Below are positions 10,678-20,917 of a stretch of 64,000 nucleotides of DNA, piece by piece; position 1 is the first letter of the stretch; each line of letters begins with the position of its first letter. The translations under genes were made by a program, and so were the position numbers. Source of the DNA: Armatimonadota bacterium (GTDB lineage Bacteria > Armatimonadota > SYMT01). The notes beneath the pieces are model-generated. The model worked only from the letters and a program-made list of their open reading frames with translations, had not been told where the DNA came from and did no database searches. Location of the stretch: the NCBI GenBank assembly GCA_041690135.1, contig JAWLHY010000005.1:192001-256000 (forward strand). Reading direction: 5' to 3'.

Positions 10678-11487
10678 TCAAGTCAGCCGGTCTGCGGCCC
10701 TAGAAGCACGGTGCCATCGCAGCGTCTCGGAGAGCTTCTCCGCGTCCTCGCGCGCGGCGCGTTGGAACATAGCGAGGTCGGGTCCCCAGATCATCAGGCG
10801 AGCGCCCTCATCGAGACAGCGGCGCGCATAATCGGCTCCGGCAGGCATAATACCGGCAATCTTACCCGCCATCCGGGTGGCGCGGAAGGTGCGCCGGATC
10901 GCCTCCCACACAGCGGGATGCTCGAACTCCCAGGGAACCCCCAGGGACTGCGTCAGGTCGCCGGGACCCACCAGCAGGCAATCCACTCCGGGCACGGCGG
11001 CAATGTCCGCGGCATGCTCCACGCCGCGCGCCGTTTCGATCTGGAGAATGATCAGCAGATTTTCATTGCTTGAGGCGAAGTGCTGGGCGGGAAGAACGCC
11101 GCAGTAATCCGAGCAGTAGCCCATGTAGTAGACACCCCGCTTCCCCACCGGAGCGTACCGCGCCGCTTCCACCACCTCCCGGGCCTCTTCCACGCTTTCC
11201 ACGGCGGGCACCATGATCCCGCGCACCCCGGTCTCCAGGACGGAGAGGATGTCGGCCTTGGTGGGGCCGGCGACGCGGGTCAGGGGTACGATCCCATGGG
11301 CGTCGGCGGCCCGGACGAGCGCCTCCAACTCGCGGAGAGTCATCCCCGTGTGCTCCAGGTCTGCCAGCACGTAGTCGTAGCCGGCCTCGGCGGTGATGCC
11401 GACGACGTGAGGATCGGACGAGAGCATGATCAGGCCGACGGCGACGTCGTCCCGCAGGAGCTTTTGCTTGAGGAGGTTAGCGCGCAT
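10678..11487 (-). CDS. HpcH/HpaI aldolase family protein
   Basis: DLEH, GIMVP.V, QIETARG, GPGDL motifs. Confidence 0.9.
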   Translation of the reverse strand: MRANLLKQKLLRDDVAVGLIMLSSDPHVVGITAEAGYDYVLADLEHTGMTLRELEALVRAADAHGIVPLTRVAGPTKADILSVLETGVRGIMVPAVESVEEAREVVEAARYAPVGKRGVYYMGYCSDYCGVLPAQHFASSNENLLIILQIETARGVEHAADIAAVPGVDCLLVGPGDLTQSLGVPWEFEHPAVWEAIRRTFRATRMAGKIAGIMPAGADYARRCLDEGARLMIWGPDLAMFQRAAREDAEKLSETLRWHRASRAADRLT

Positions 11488-11516
11488 GGTGGAAACGGAG
11501 CCGGGTAGAAAAGAGG

Positions 11517-11550
11517 AAACCGGACGTGATTAACGTATCACGTCCGGTTT
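11517..11550 (-). terminator. Intrinsic terminator after redoxin gene
   Basis: AAACCGGACGTGAT/ATCACGTCCGGTTT 14-bp stem followed by a pyrimidine/U-rich tail on the minus strand. Confidence 0.7.
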
Positions 11551-11582
11551 GCTTGTCGCCGAGAGAAATCCGGAGGCGATGC

Positions 11583-12086
11583 TTACTTCCGCGCGAGGGC
11601 CTGGGTGACGGCGGCGTCGAGCTGCCTGGCATCCGCCCCCTCGATCACAGCGGCCACTTTCCCGTCTTTCCCGATCACAATATTCACCGGATAGCTCTGG
11701 ACGCCGAACCGGTCGAAGACCACGCTCTTGGCATCGTGAATGATCGGAAAGGTCGCCTTGACTTCCTTGCCGAACGCCGCGGCCTCTTCCAGTTTCTCGT
11801 CCGCGCTTACCGAGACGACGGTGAAGCCCTTCTTCCCGTACTTGGCCTGCAGTTTTTGAAGATGAGGATACTCCTCATGGCAGGGCCCTCAGTAGTAGCT
11901 GAAGAAGTTCATCAGCACGACCTTGCCTTTGTACTGGCCGGAACTGACGGTCTTCCCCTGCACCGACTTCCCGCTCCACGCGGGGGCGGCTTTGCCCTTC
12001 GGCACGATATCCGCGACCGCGGCCCCCACCCCCACCGTCATCGCGACGGCGACGGCGGCGCCCAGGCGCGCCCAACCCATGCTCAT
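11583..12086 (-). CDS. TlpA/redoxin-family selenoprotein (UxxC), UGA at 11889-11891 read as Sec
   Basis: Frame continues through TGA: ..VVLMNFFSYY-U-GPCHEEYPHLQKLQAKYGKKGFTVVSV..FPIIHD..FGVQSYPVNIVIGKDGKV..RK*; hairpin ATGAGGA-GTA-TCCTCAT 10 nt after UGA. Confidence 0.88.
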
Positions 12087-12280
12087 TCCAACGATCTCCT
12101 ATTTCAATGCCGGGACGGCAATGGTATAGACTGGGGCTATTGTAACCGCCGGCAAACCGGACGTCGACCCGCGGGAGCGGGGATTGTCACTTCTCCGGAG
12201 CCTTAGCGGTAAGACCCCGGTGGAAGGGCCGGGGTGCCGCTTTTCTTGAAATACGTTCCAGCATGGGAGGAGGTCAGCCG

Positions 12281-12979
12281 GTGATTGGAACTGCGATCAA
12301 TGTGGCGACGGTAGTGGTGGGCGGCGTGGCGGGGCTGGCGATCGGGAAACGGCTGCCGCCGGCCATCCGGGAGACCGTGATGCACGTCATCGGATTGGTG
12401 ACGATCGTCCTGGGCGTCTCCATGTTCCTCAAGAGCCAGAACCCGCTGATCCTGCTGGGAAGCCTGGTGCTGGGAGGGGTGACGGGAGAGCTGATACGCA
12501 TCGAAGAGGCGATCAACCGCCTGGGGGCTTACGCGGAAAGAAAGCTCACCGGAAGCACCGAAGGCGGTGACTTCGCGCGCGGCTTCGTTACGACCAGCAT
12601 CCTGTTCTGCGTGGGACCCATGACGCTGCTCGGCTGTCTGAATGACGGTCTGCGCGGCGATTACACGTTGCTGGCGGTGAAGGCGACGCTGGATGGCATC
12701 GGAGCGGTCGCCTTTGCCTCGGCCCTGGGATGGGGAGTGCTGCTATCGGCGGGGACGGTGCTGGTGGTGCAGGGGAGCCTGACACTGGGCGCGCGGGCCC
12801 TGGAGCCGTTGATCCGGGATCCGGGGATGCAGGCGGAGCTGTTCGCGGCGGGCGGCGTGATGATGCTGGCGTTAGGGTTACGGCTGCTGGAGTTGAAGCA
12901 GATCCGGGTGGGGAATCTGCTCCCCGCGCTGCTCTACACTCCGCTCCTCGTGCTTATCGCTAGAGCCTTCGGAGGGTGA
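12281..12979 (+). CDS. DUF554 family membrane protein
   Basis: IGTAINV, LFCVGPMT.LG..DG, KATLDG. Confidence 0.9.
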   Translation: MIGTAINVATVVVGGVAGLAIGKRLPPAIRETVMHVIGLVTIVLGVSMFLKSQNPLILLGSLVLGGVTGELIRIEEAINRLGAYAERKLTGSTEGGDFARGFVTTSILFCVGPMTLLGCLNDGLRGDYTLLAVKATLDGIGAVAFASALGWGVLLSAGTVLVVQGSLTLGARALEPLIRDPGMQAELFAAGGVMMLALGLRLLELKQIRVGNLLPALLYTPLLVLIARAFGG

Positions 12980-12992
12980 TGGTTCTGGCCGG

Positions 12993-13430
12993 TCACCCCA
13001 TCAGCAAGCCGGTGACAATGCCCAGCACGGCGCCCGCGAAAACTTCGAGCGGCGTATGGCCGAGGAGTTCCTTCAGTGCTTCTCGCTCCGCGAAGGCATC
13101 CCGGATGATGGCTAGAAGCAGCAGCTCATTCAGGATGTCCGCATGCTTGCCGGCCTCTCGGCGAAGGGAGACCGCATCGTACATCACGATCAGCGCGAAC
13201 ACGCAGGCGATCGCGAAGGCGGTGGAACCCAGTCCGTCCTGCACCGCCACTCCGGAAGCGAGGCCCGTGACGAAGGCGGAGTGTGAACTGGGGAGCCCTC
13301 CCGTTTCGATCAGGCGTCTCCAGTAAAAGCGCCGCTCCAGGATGGAGAACAGCACCATCTTCAGCGTCTGAGCGATAGCCCAGGCAACAAGTGCGCTGAT
13401 GAGGGGACGGTTGGAGAGGAGGATCTGCAC
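12993..13430 (-). CDS. Divergent PAP2 family protein (DUF212)
   Basis: TGGLPSSHSA, VMYDA.S.RR.AG, LGHTPLEV. Confidence 0.9.
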   Translation of the reverse strand: MQILLSNRPLISALVAWAIAQTLKMVLFSILERRFYWRRLIETGGLPSSHSAFVTGLASGVAVQDGLGSTAFAIACVFALIVMYDAVSLRREAGKHADILNELLLLAIIRDAFAEREALKELLGHTPLEVFAGAVLGIVTGLLMG

Positions 13431-13601
13431 CAGGAGAGGAAGGAAGGTAAGCCGTCGAAAACACCGGGATTATACTTCCGGGAGCGCGCCCCGTCAACCG
13501 CACGGAGCCTTAACGGACGAAGACACGGATGTTCACGGACGGAGGGGTCTATCGCGCTCCAGTAGGTCGGCCTTGAACGAGGCGAATGGCTGAAGTGTGT
13601 A

Positions 13602-14333
13602 TTACGCGCCGCCAGCCAGCTTCTTGAAAGCTCTGCTGAGCCGCATCCTGGCATCCTCTGCCGCTTCGAGGATAATGCCCTCATCGGCCTCGCGGCCAGC
13701 TTCTTCCGCGTTGGCTCCGGAATATTCGACCGCCAGGGGCAGCGGAATGAGCACATCGGGCAGGAAGAATGCCCGGCTACCGATCCAGCCTGCTACCGTC
13801 TTGTGCTCCAGGCGCGTGGGCGCCGGTTCCGGGCGGTCCAAGTCGAGGCTGCATAACTCGGGCGACGAAACGACGTGATGTTCCCGGCAGGCGAAAGGTC
13901 GGACGGGGTATATCGTGCAGCGGCCTGCATCCAGGAAGGGACAGGGAAGACTGGCCTGCCAGTAGGACTCCTCCAGTTTGCCGCCTGCGTCCCCGTCGAT
14001 GTATCCCGCCGCTTCCTGGAAATGGGTGAGCTGTTGGGCGAGATCGGGAAGGGCAGCTACGGTCTCACGCCAGGCTGCGAGCCGGCCGTGAAATGCCTCC
14101 GCCACCTCCGGGTGAACCCGGAGGTAGGCGGCGATGCCGTGGGCCTCGAGCGGCGATACGACGACCAACTGGTGACAACAGGCAGCGCAGCCTGGTTTAC
14201 AAGTACTGGGCCGCCCTGCTGCCGCGGATTGTTCCAGCCGGACGGCGATCCGGTCATCAGCCTCCGCACGCAGGAGTTCGGCAGTCTCCTCCAGCGTCAG
14301 CGTGCTGCCGAATAGGTCCGGGTGCAAGCGCAA
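13602..14333 (-). CDS. YkgJ family cysteine cluster protein
   Basis: CKPGCAACC, CPFL..GRCTIYPVRPFACR. Confidence 0.85.
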   Translation of the reverse strand: MRLHPDLFGSTLTLEETAELLRAEADDRIAVRLEQSAAAGRPSTCKPGCAACCHQLVVVSPLEAHGIAAYLRVHPEVAEAFHGRLAAWRETVAALPDLAQQLTHFQEAAGYIDGDAGGKLEESYWQASLPCPFLDAGRCTIYPVRPFACREHHVVSSPELCSLDLDRPEPAPTRLEHKTVAGWIGSRAFFLPDVLIPLPLAVEYSGANAEEAGREADEGIILEAAEDARMRLSRAFKKLAGGA

Positions 14334-14345
14334 CCTCCCAGGAGC

Positions 14346-14879
14346 CTACGGGGTCGTTTCGTAAAGAGCTTCCAGCCAGTAGTAGCGGCCGCGGGCTTCG
14401 ATGAGACGGTCGAGCCATTCCCGGAAGTTTTCCGCAATGGGTCGCCACTCCTGCGGTTTCTCGGCGTGGATGCCGTCCAGGATGCGTCCGGTCCGCAAGT
14501 CGAAGACCAGGAAGTCTCCGGACCCGTGCACGCGCGCAAAGACCACATAGGGCTCAAGAGCATGGCCCCCGTAGAACTCGGCCTCTTCCTGTTGAAGCTC
14601 CGCAATGAGCTCGGTGGAAGTGACGCCAATTCCGTGAAGCCCGGAGTCGTTGAGGAAGAGATTGGCTCCGTTGGTCGAGCTCCAGAACTCCTTGAACTCG
14701 TCCGGCAGGGTCTTGCCGATCAACGCTTCCGCGGACGCAATCTGGGCGGCGCTGGCGGGAGGGAACAACATGACCTCGTACCAGTCGGAGGCCCCCTCTT
14801 CGGTGACCACCTGTACGCCGCCATTCCGCTGGAGGCGACGGAGACGTTCTATCTGAAGGTTTAAGGAAACAGCATTCAC
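14346..14879 (-). CDS. SMI1/KNR4 family protein
   Basis: PASAAQIASAEALIGKTLPDEFKEFW..NG, GSGDFLVFD, AENFREWL. Confidence 0.85.
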   Translation of the reverse strand: MNAVSLNLQIERLRRLQRNGGVQVVTEEGASDWYEVMLFPPASAAQIASAEALIGKTLPDEFKEFWSSTNGANLFLNDSGLHGIGVTSTELIAELQQEEAEFYGGHALEPYVVFARVHGSGDFLVFDLRTGRILDGIHAEKPQEWRPIAENFREWLDRLIEARGRYYWLEALYETTP

Positions 14880-14980
14880 CGGTGAACTCCACGGGCTCTG
14901 GCTGGGGATGGGATCACACCTGGACCCCGCAATACGGATCACCGGAGAGTTCCCCATCCTGGCGTCCGGTTCCTGCGGGG

Positions 14981-15529
14981 CTAACGCTTCTCAATACGCG
15001 CCTGGAAGGCATCCCCCTGCTTCCAGTCCCTCTTACCCAGGCCTTTTGTCGGCACCGAGCACTTTTCGGCACGGGCGTAACGGGCCGCGGCGAAGCCGGT
15101 CCGGTTGACCCCATACATGCAGTGCATGTAAACATCGCCGCTCTTGAAGGCGGAGGCTAGCACATCGGGGAGCTTTTTGTCGAGGGCGCTGATGCCCACA
15201 TACCGGAGCCCGTGCTTCTTTGCCATGGCGGCTTCGGCGTCGGGAGAGAGACGTCCCGTTTTGCCGCTCCGGTCGTCGCTGTTGGCCGGCTTGCGGAGGT
15301 CGATGAAGGTGACAGTCTTACCCCGAGCCTTGGCCGAGGACGCGAGAGCTTCCAGCGTGTCCTTGCGAGGCGCGCCACCGCGCCAGAAGCGGTTGCCGTT
15401 CAACTCGCGGACCAGATGGACATTATGCCCGGGCGGCGGGGCCGGCGCAGCTACCGCGAGCGAAGAAGAGAGGAGGAGCGCGGCCGCAAGGCTACGCGCC
15501 CAAACATAAGGGGTGCCAGTACTCTGCAT
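14981..15529 (-). CDS. Secreted protein-tyrosine/dual-specificity phosphatase-like protein
   Basis: Signal peptide, FWRGGAP, IDLR, HCMYGVNRTG (CX5R). Confidence 0.75.
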   Translation of the reverse strand: MQSTGTPYVWARSLAAALLLSSSLAVAAPAPPPGHNVHLVRELNGNRFWRGGAPRKDTLEALASSAKARGKTVTFIDLRKPANSDDRSGKTGRLSPDAEAAMAKKHGLRYVGISALDKKLPDVLASAFKSGDVYMHCMYGVNRTGFAAARYARAEKCSVPTKGLGKRDWKQGDAFQARIEKR

Positions 15530-15596
15530 GGATACGAATGCGAACGGTGGAGGGCGTATCGCGAGCCAATCCCGACAGACCGCCCTCCCCGACAGG

Positions 15597-16448
15597 TTAA
15601 CGAAGCGCCGCGGGCCGATCGTCGTCGTCTTCGCCGAGGAGTTTCTTCAGGCGAGCGATCTCCTCCTGCTCCTGCCGCTTCCGCAGTGGGTTGAAACCGC
15701 GAACCTTCTCCCGGTCATCGGGCGGAATGCGCAGGTAAGACTGCGGTTCCGGGCGGCGCTGCGGGCGGCTGAGGGCAAAGCCAACGTCGAGGCGGGGCAT
15801 CTTGCGTACGTAGATATACGCAGCCGCAGACCCGGCGAGCGCAAAGATTCCAATAATTGGGCCGAGCGGACCGTAGCTCAGGCCGAAGTAGAAGTAGACC
15901 AGCGCCACCGAAATCGCCGCCAGCATCTTCATCTTCAGCGGCAGGATTCCCCAGAAGCGGATCTCCTGTTCCGGGTCCATGGCTGCCCACGCCACCAGCA
16001 GCGCCGTGGTGGGAAGCCAGAGGCCCGCCAGCCGGAACGCCACATCAAAGATCAACGCCGCCAGGATGAAGCCCAGAACGGTGATGAAGGTAAACGAGGC
16101 AAGCAGGACGGCGAAGTTTCGCGATCCCCACGCGCGCTCCAACACTCCCCCGCACATATAGAACCAATACCCCCCGAACAGGAGGGCGACCGGGTCGGTG
16201 ATGACGATCGGGTAGGTTAACCAGGCCCAGGGTTGCAGCACCCAGCCCGGGTCGCTACGGCCTGCAATAGTGAACCGCAGCCACTCAACCAGCGGTCCCC
16301 GCAGCGGAAACGCCAGGAAGTAGAGCAGGAAGAAGGCGGCGCCGGCGATGAGGACGCCGCGCACGACCGGGATGCACTGGAGACTGAAGGGCAGCCAACC
16401 GCTGCCACCGCCTCCGCCTCAACCGCCGCCGGACATCGTTCTACGCAT
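15597..16448 (-). CDS. Rhomboid-like membrane protein; in-frame TGA at 16419-16421 near the N-terminus
   Basis: QPWAWLTYP, LERAWGSRNF, TM helices; upstream ATG 16448 with GAAAGG RBS is in frame across the TGA; alternative GTG start 16364. Confidence 0.7.
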
Positions 16449-16618
16449 TCTCGCAGCCTTTCTCGGGAGAGGGTCGCCCCGATCGCATACAGTATAGCCA
16501 TCCTGTCCCGGGCCGGCCAGTGGAAGCAAGCGGCAGGAATCCGGGCGCGGGATCAGTAATTGCCCCCTGACAACCGGTTCTACCCCAGATCGACCCGACC
16601 GAACATGGAAACTCCTCA

Positions 16619-18094
16619 ATGACCCGAAGGATCCTGACCGCCGCGCTCGCGTTGGCCGCCTTGACTGCCGTGGGAAGCGTGGCACAGCCAAAGCCGGAAT
16701 CCGCCCGTCCCAACGTGCTGTTCATTGCGGTGGATGACCTGCGACCGCAGATGGGCTGCTACGGGGACCGCCTGGCGAAGACGCCCCACATCGACCGCCT
16801 CGCCGCCCAGGGCGTGGTGTTCGACCGGGCCTATTGCCAGCAGGCCGTCTGCAGCCCCTCGCGGACCTCGCTGCTTACCGGCCGCCGTCCGGACACGACG
16901 AAGGTCTACGATCTCGATACCCCTTTCCGGAAGAACCTGCCGGAAGTGGTCACCCTTCCGCAGCATTTCAAGGCCTACGGCTACCACAGCCAGGGAATGG
17001 GCAAGATCTACCACGGCGGTCTGGACGATGCCGCTTCCTGGTCGGTGCCGCACTGGATGCCGAAGCGACCGGGATTCGGCCCGGAGGGTCAGAAGCTGCT
17101 CACCCGGCTCCGCCAGGAGGCCCGGGCCGCCGGCAAAGACCTGACCAAACGGTCGAACCAGCCGCGCGGGCTGCCCTGGGAAGCCCCGGAGGTGGAAGAC
17201 AGCGCTTTGCCCGACGGCGCGATTGCGGACCACGCCGTGGAGACCCTGCGCCAGGTAAAGGATCGCCCTTTCTTCCTGGCGGTCGGCTTCATCAAGCCGC
17301 ACCTGCCGTTCGTGGCTCCCAAGAAGTACTGGGATCTCTACTCCCGCGAGCAGTTCCGCCTGGCGGATAATCCGCACCCGCCGAAGGGCGCCCCCACTTA
17401 CTCCTTGAGCAACTGGGGCGAACTGCGCGCCTACCTGGGGATGCCGAAGCAGGGACCGGTGACGGAGGACCAGGCGCGCAGCCTGATCCACGGCTACTAT
17501 GCCAGCATGAGCTACATGGACGCCCAGGTGGGCAAGGTGCTGGCGGAGCTCGACCGGTTGGGGCTGCGCGAGAACACGATTGTGGTGCTGTGGGGCGACC
17601 ACGGCTGGGAGTTGGGCGAGCACGGGGAGTGGTGCAAGCACGAGAACTACGAGACCTCCACGCGGGCGCCGCTGATCGTCTCCGCTCCTGGCCGCAAGGC
17701 GAACGGCAAGACCAGCCGCGCCCTGGTGGAGTTCGTGGACCTCTACCCCACCCTCACTGAGCTTTGCGGTCTGCCGCTACCAGAGGGGCTGGAAGGGACG
17801 AGTTTCCAGCCGCTGCTGGAACAGGCCGACCGTCCCTGGAAGAAGGCGGCGTTCAGCCAGTATCCCCGCAACGTAGCGCGGATGGGTCGCGGCATGGGGT
17901 ATACGCTGCGGACCGACCGTTACCGCCTGGTGGAGTGGACGCTGCCCGGTAAGGATTTCCAGGAGTACGAGCTTTATGACCACCAGACGGACCCGGGGGA
18001 GAACGTCAATCTGGCGCAGCAGCCGGAGCACGCGGAGCTAGTGAAGAAGCTGGCGGAGCAGTTACACGCGGGTTGGCAGGCGGCCCGGCCATAA
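16619..18094 (+). CDS. Sulfatase (iduronate-2-sulfatase-like)
   Basis: Signal peptide, NVLFIAVDDLR, CSPSRTS FGly motif, GKIYH, GDHG. Confidence 0.93.
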   Translation: MTRRILTAALALAALTAVGSVAQPKPESARPNVLFIAVDDLRPQMGCYGDRLAKTPHIDRLAAQGVVFDRAYCQQAVCSPSRTSLLTGRRPDTTKVYDLDTPFRKNLPEVVTLPQHFKAYGYHSQGMGKIYHGGLDDAASWSVPHWMPKRPGFGPEGQKLLTRLRQEARAAGKDLTKRSNQPRGLPWEAPEVEDSALPDGAIADHAVETLRQVKDRPFFLAVGFIKPHLPFVAPKKYWDLYSREQFRLADNPHPPKGAPTYSLSNWGELRAYLGMPKQGPVTEDQARSLIHGYYASMSYMDAQVGKVLAELDRLGLRENTIVVLWGDHGWELGEHGEWCKHENYETSTRAPLIVSAPGRKANGKTSRALVEFVDLYPTLTELCGLPLPEGLEGTSFQPLLEQADRPWKKAAFSQYPRNVARMGRGMGYTLRTDRYRLVEWTLPGKDFQEYELYDHQTDPGENVNLAQQPEHAELVKKLAEQLHAGWQAARP

Positions 18095-18413
18095 TCAGCG
18101 GTGGTGTGATCGCAGTTGCCTCTCTAGCAATGGCGGGATACGGCCGCTGGCACCTTGTGCAGTGAGTATGGCGGGTGCGGTGACCGAAGTGACCTCATCC
18201 CCCGCCACCCACTTCGTGGGTACCCGGCCCACCCCCGCGGGGCGTAAACTTCTCCGACGCAGTGAAGGGGGGCTCACGGCTCAGCCCAGGGGGACGGTGG
18301 GTTTGCTCGTAAGGGTGCTTCCCACCCTATCTCCCGAGAAAGCTCACACGGCACGACGGGTGCGTGCCCAGGACGGGGCAGGCATCGGAGAGCCTCCCCT
18401 ACATTTACAGTTG

Positions 18414-18458
18414 CAATGACAATGGCTGTCCTGTTCACCAGGACAGCCATTGTCATTG
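18414..18458. repeat. Perfect 20-bp inverted repeat (possible bidirectional terminator)
   Basis: CAATGACAATGGCTGTCCTG-TTCAC-CAGGACAGCCATTGTCATTG between convergent genes. Confidence 0.8.
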
Positions 18459-18545
18459 TCTCGCTACGGGGCTGCCGATCATGGCGCCCCCGGTTATATG
18501 CGCTGACCAGCAGGGATAAGCTCCCGCCGGTCCTTTGGGATGGGG

Positions 18546-20804
18546 TTATGAGAGGCGGCGGCAGGCTTCGACGATGCCGGCCACGGTGGGAACGGCGGCG
18601 TCCTCAAGCGGGGGGCTCATCGGCACCGGGGTGTCGGCGGCGGCGAGGAGGGTCGGCGGGCCGTCGAGGTAGCTGAAGCCGGTGCGGCCGTTCTCGAACC
18701 GGTACTCCATCACCCGGCGGATGATGTCCTCGCCCACGCTGGCGCGCGGGTAGCACTCCTGCACCATCACCAGGCGCCCGGTCTTGCGGACCGATTCCGC
18801 GATGGTCTTGATGTCGAGCGGGTTGAGGGTCCGCGGGTCGATCACCTCTGCGTCGATCCCGTCCTTCTCCATGGCAGCCGCAGCGGCGAGCGCGAAGTGG
18901 ACCATGCGGCTGTAGGCGACGATCGTTACGTCTTTCCCCGGCCGCTTGATATCCGCCACGCCCAGCGGGATGAGGTACTCCTCTTCCGGCACCGGGCCCT
19001 GGACCTTGGCGTACATCTCCTTGTGCTCGATGAAAAGCACCGGGTTCTCGTCGCGTATCGAGGACTTCAGCAGGCCCTTGGCATCGTAGGGGGTGCTCGG
19101 CATCACCACGTAGAGGCCGGGGATGTGCATGAACCAGCTTTCCAGGCTTTCGCTGTGGGTGGCCGCGAAGGAGCGCCCTACCCCACCCTCCGTCCGGATC
19201 ACGCACGGGACCTTGATCTTACCGCCGAACTGGTAGCGATTGTAGGCGATGTTGTGGACGAGCTGATTGCTGGCGATGGTGATGAAGTCGATGTACATGA
19301 TCTCGGCGATGGGACGCATGTCGCGCATTGCCGCGCCGCAGGCCGCCCCGACCACCGCCGCCTCGGAGATGGCCGTATCGATGACCCGGCGTCCGCCGAA
19401 CTCCTGGAAGAGGCCGCGGGTCGCCCCGTAGGCCCCACCGTAGATCCCGATGTCTTCACCGAGCAGGATGACCCGCTCGTCCCGCTTCATTTCTTCCCGG
19501 TGGGCTTCCTGGAGGGCTTCCACCATGGGGATGATGCGCATCCCGTGCTCCGTCACCAGGGCGTCCGTTTCGGGCTTGCCGAGCCGCGGGAGCACGTTGG
19601 ACGGATCGTCGCCCGCGGTTTCGCGGAACTTCGCATAGAAGGCGGTCTCGACCGGCTTGACCTTCTTCCAGAGCGCCTGCTCTGCCTCTACTTGCCGTTT
19701 CACCTCGGACGGGTCGGGATCGACATAGACGTTGTCGAACAACTCGGAAGGATCCGGGAAGGGGCTCTCGAGCGCGAAACGCACCGATTCCTCGATGGTG
19801 GCCTTGGCCTTCGCGCGGAGGGCGTCGACCTCTTCCTGCGTGAACAGCTCGCTATCCGTCAGCCGGCGAGCAAAGATCTCGATCGGGTCCCGCTCGCGCC
19901 ACTGACGCTCTTCTTCGCGGGTGCGGTAGGCGCGGGCGTCGCTGAGGCTGTGGCCGTAGTAGCGGTAAGTCTTACACTCCACCAGCGTCGGACCGCCGCC
20001 CGACCGGGCGCGCTCGACGGCTTCCTCAATGGCGGCCTTTACGGCGAGCACGTCCTGCCCGTCCACGATGACGCCGGGCATCGGGTAGGCCGCGCCGCGG
20101 TCGGCGATGTGGGGGATCTTGGAAGCGGTGTGAAGGCCTTCCACGGAACTGGCGTTGAACGGCACGGACATGCCGTATTGGTTGTTCTCGCAGATGTAGA
20201 CAACCGGGAGGCCGTTGAAGAGCGCGGCGCCCATGTTCAGGGCCTCATGGAAGGCGCCGGTGTTGGTGGCCCCGTCGCCGAAGAAGCAGAGGACCACGCT
20301 ATCCGAGCCCCGCAGGTGCTCGGCCAGAGCGGCCCCGGTGGCGACCGGCAGGTTACCGGCCACGATGCCGGTGGCGCCCAGGTTGCCCTTCTCCACGTCC
20401 GCAATGTGCATCGAGCCGCCGCGGCCTCGACAGTAGCCGGTGGAGCGCCCGAACAACTCCGCCATCATTGCGTTCCAGTGGTCCTGCCGCTCCTCTTCGG
20501 TGGCGGCCATCAGGTTGCCCATGGCGCCGCAGTGCCCGTGGCCCCGGTGCGTGCTGGCGACGAAATCGCGCTGGGTGATGGCGGCGCAGGCCCCGGTGGG
20601 GACCGCTTCCTGCCCCGCCGACATGTGGGTGGCGCCGCGGAGCTTGCCTGCCCGGTACATGTTGTAGAGGCCGTCCTCAAACTCCCGGATCTCGCACATC
20701 GTGCGGAGATAATCCGCCAGCTCCTCTCGCGTGTACTTGCCTTGCTTGACCTTCTCGGCCAGCGAGGCGCCGGACAACTGCTCCAGTTGCGAATCGGTAA
20801 TCAT
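18546..20804 (-). CDS. Fused 2-oxoacid/acetoin dehydrogenase E1 alpha+beta
   Basis: HRGHGH, GGSMH, GDGA..N TPP motif, then GEDIG, DTAISE, HSES beta motifs. Confidence 0.9.
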   Translation of the reverse strand: MITDSQLEQLSGASLAEKVKQGKYTREELADYLRTMCEIREFEDGLYNMYRAGKLRGATHMSAGQEAVPTGACAAITQRDFVASTHRGHGHCGAMGNLMAATEEERQDHWNAMMAELFGRSTGYCRGRGGSMHIADVEKGNLGATGIVAGNLPVATGAALAEHLRGSDSVVLCFFGDGATNTGAFHEALNMGAALFNGLPVVYICENNQYGMSVPFNASSVEGLHTASKIPHIADRGAAYPMPGVIVDGQDVLAVKAAIEEAVERARSGGGPTLVECKTYRYYGHSLSDARAYRTREEERQWRERDPIEIFARRLTDSELFTQEEVDALRAKAKATIEESVRFALESPFPDPSELFDNVYVDPDPSEVKRQVEAEQALWKKVKPVETAFYAKFRETAGDDPSNVLPRLGKPETDALVTEHGMRIIPMVEALQEAHREEMKRDERVILLGEDIGIYGGAYGATRGLFQEFGGRRVIDTAISEAAVVGAACGAAMRDMRPIAEIMYIDFITIASNQLVHNIAYNRYQFGGKIKVPCVIRTEGGVGRSFAATHSESLESWFMHIPGLYVVMPSTPYDAKGLLKSSIRDENPVLFIEHKEMYAKVQGPVPEEEYLIPLGVADIKRPGKDVTIVAYSRMVHFALAAAAAMEKDGIDAEVIDPRTLNPLDIKTIAESVRKTGRLVMVQECYPRASVGEDIIRRVMEYRFENGRTGFSYLDGPPTLLAAADTPVPMSPPLEDAAVPTVAGIVEACRRLS

Positions 20805-20917
20805 GAACTGCCTCGTTCGTCGGTGGCCCCACACCCTACCGGACAATGGTACGCACGGGAAGCCAGCCAAGGGAAAGAAACGACCGGTAAAAGGGTATCC
20901 TCCGTTTTTGGAATACG

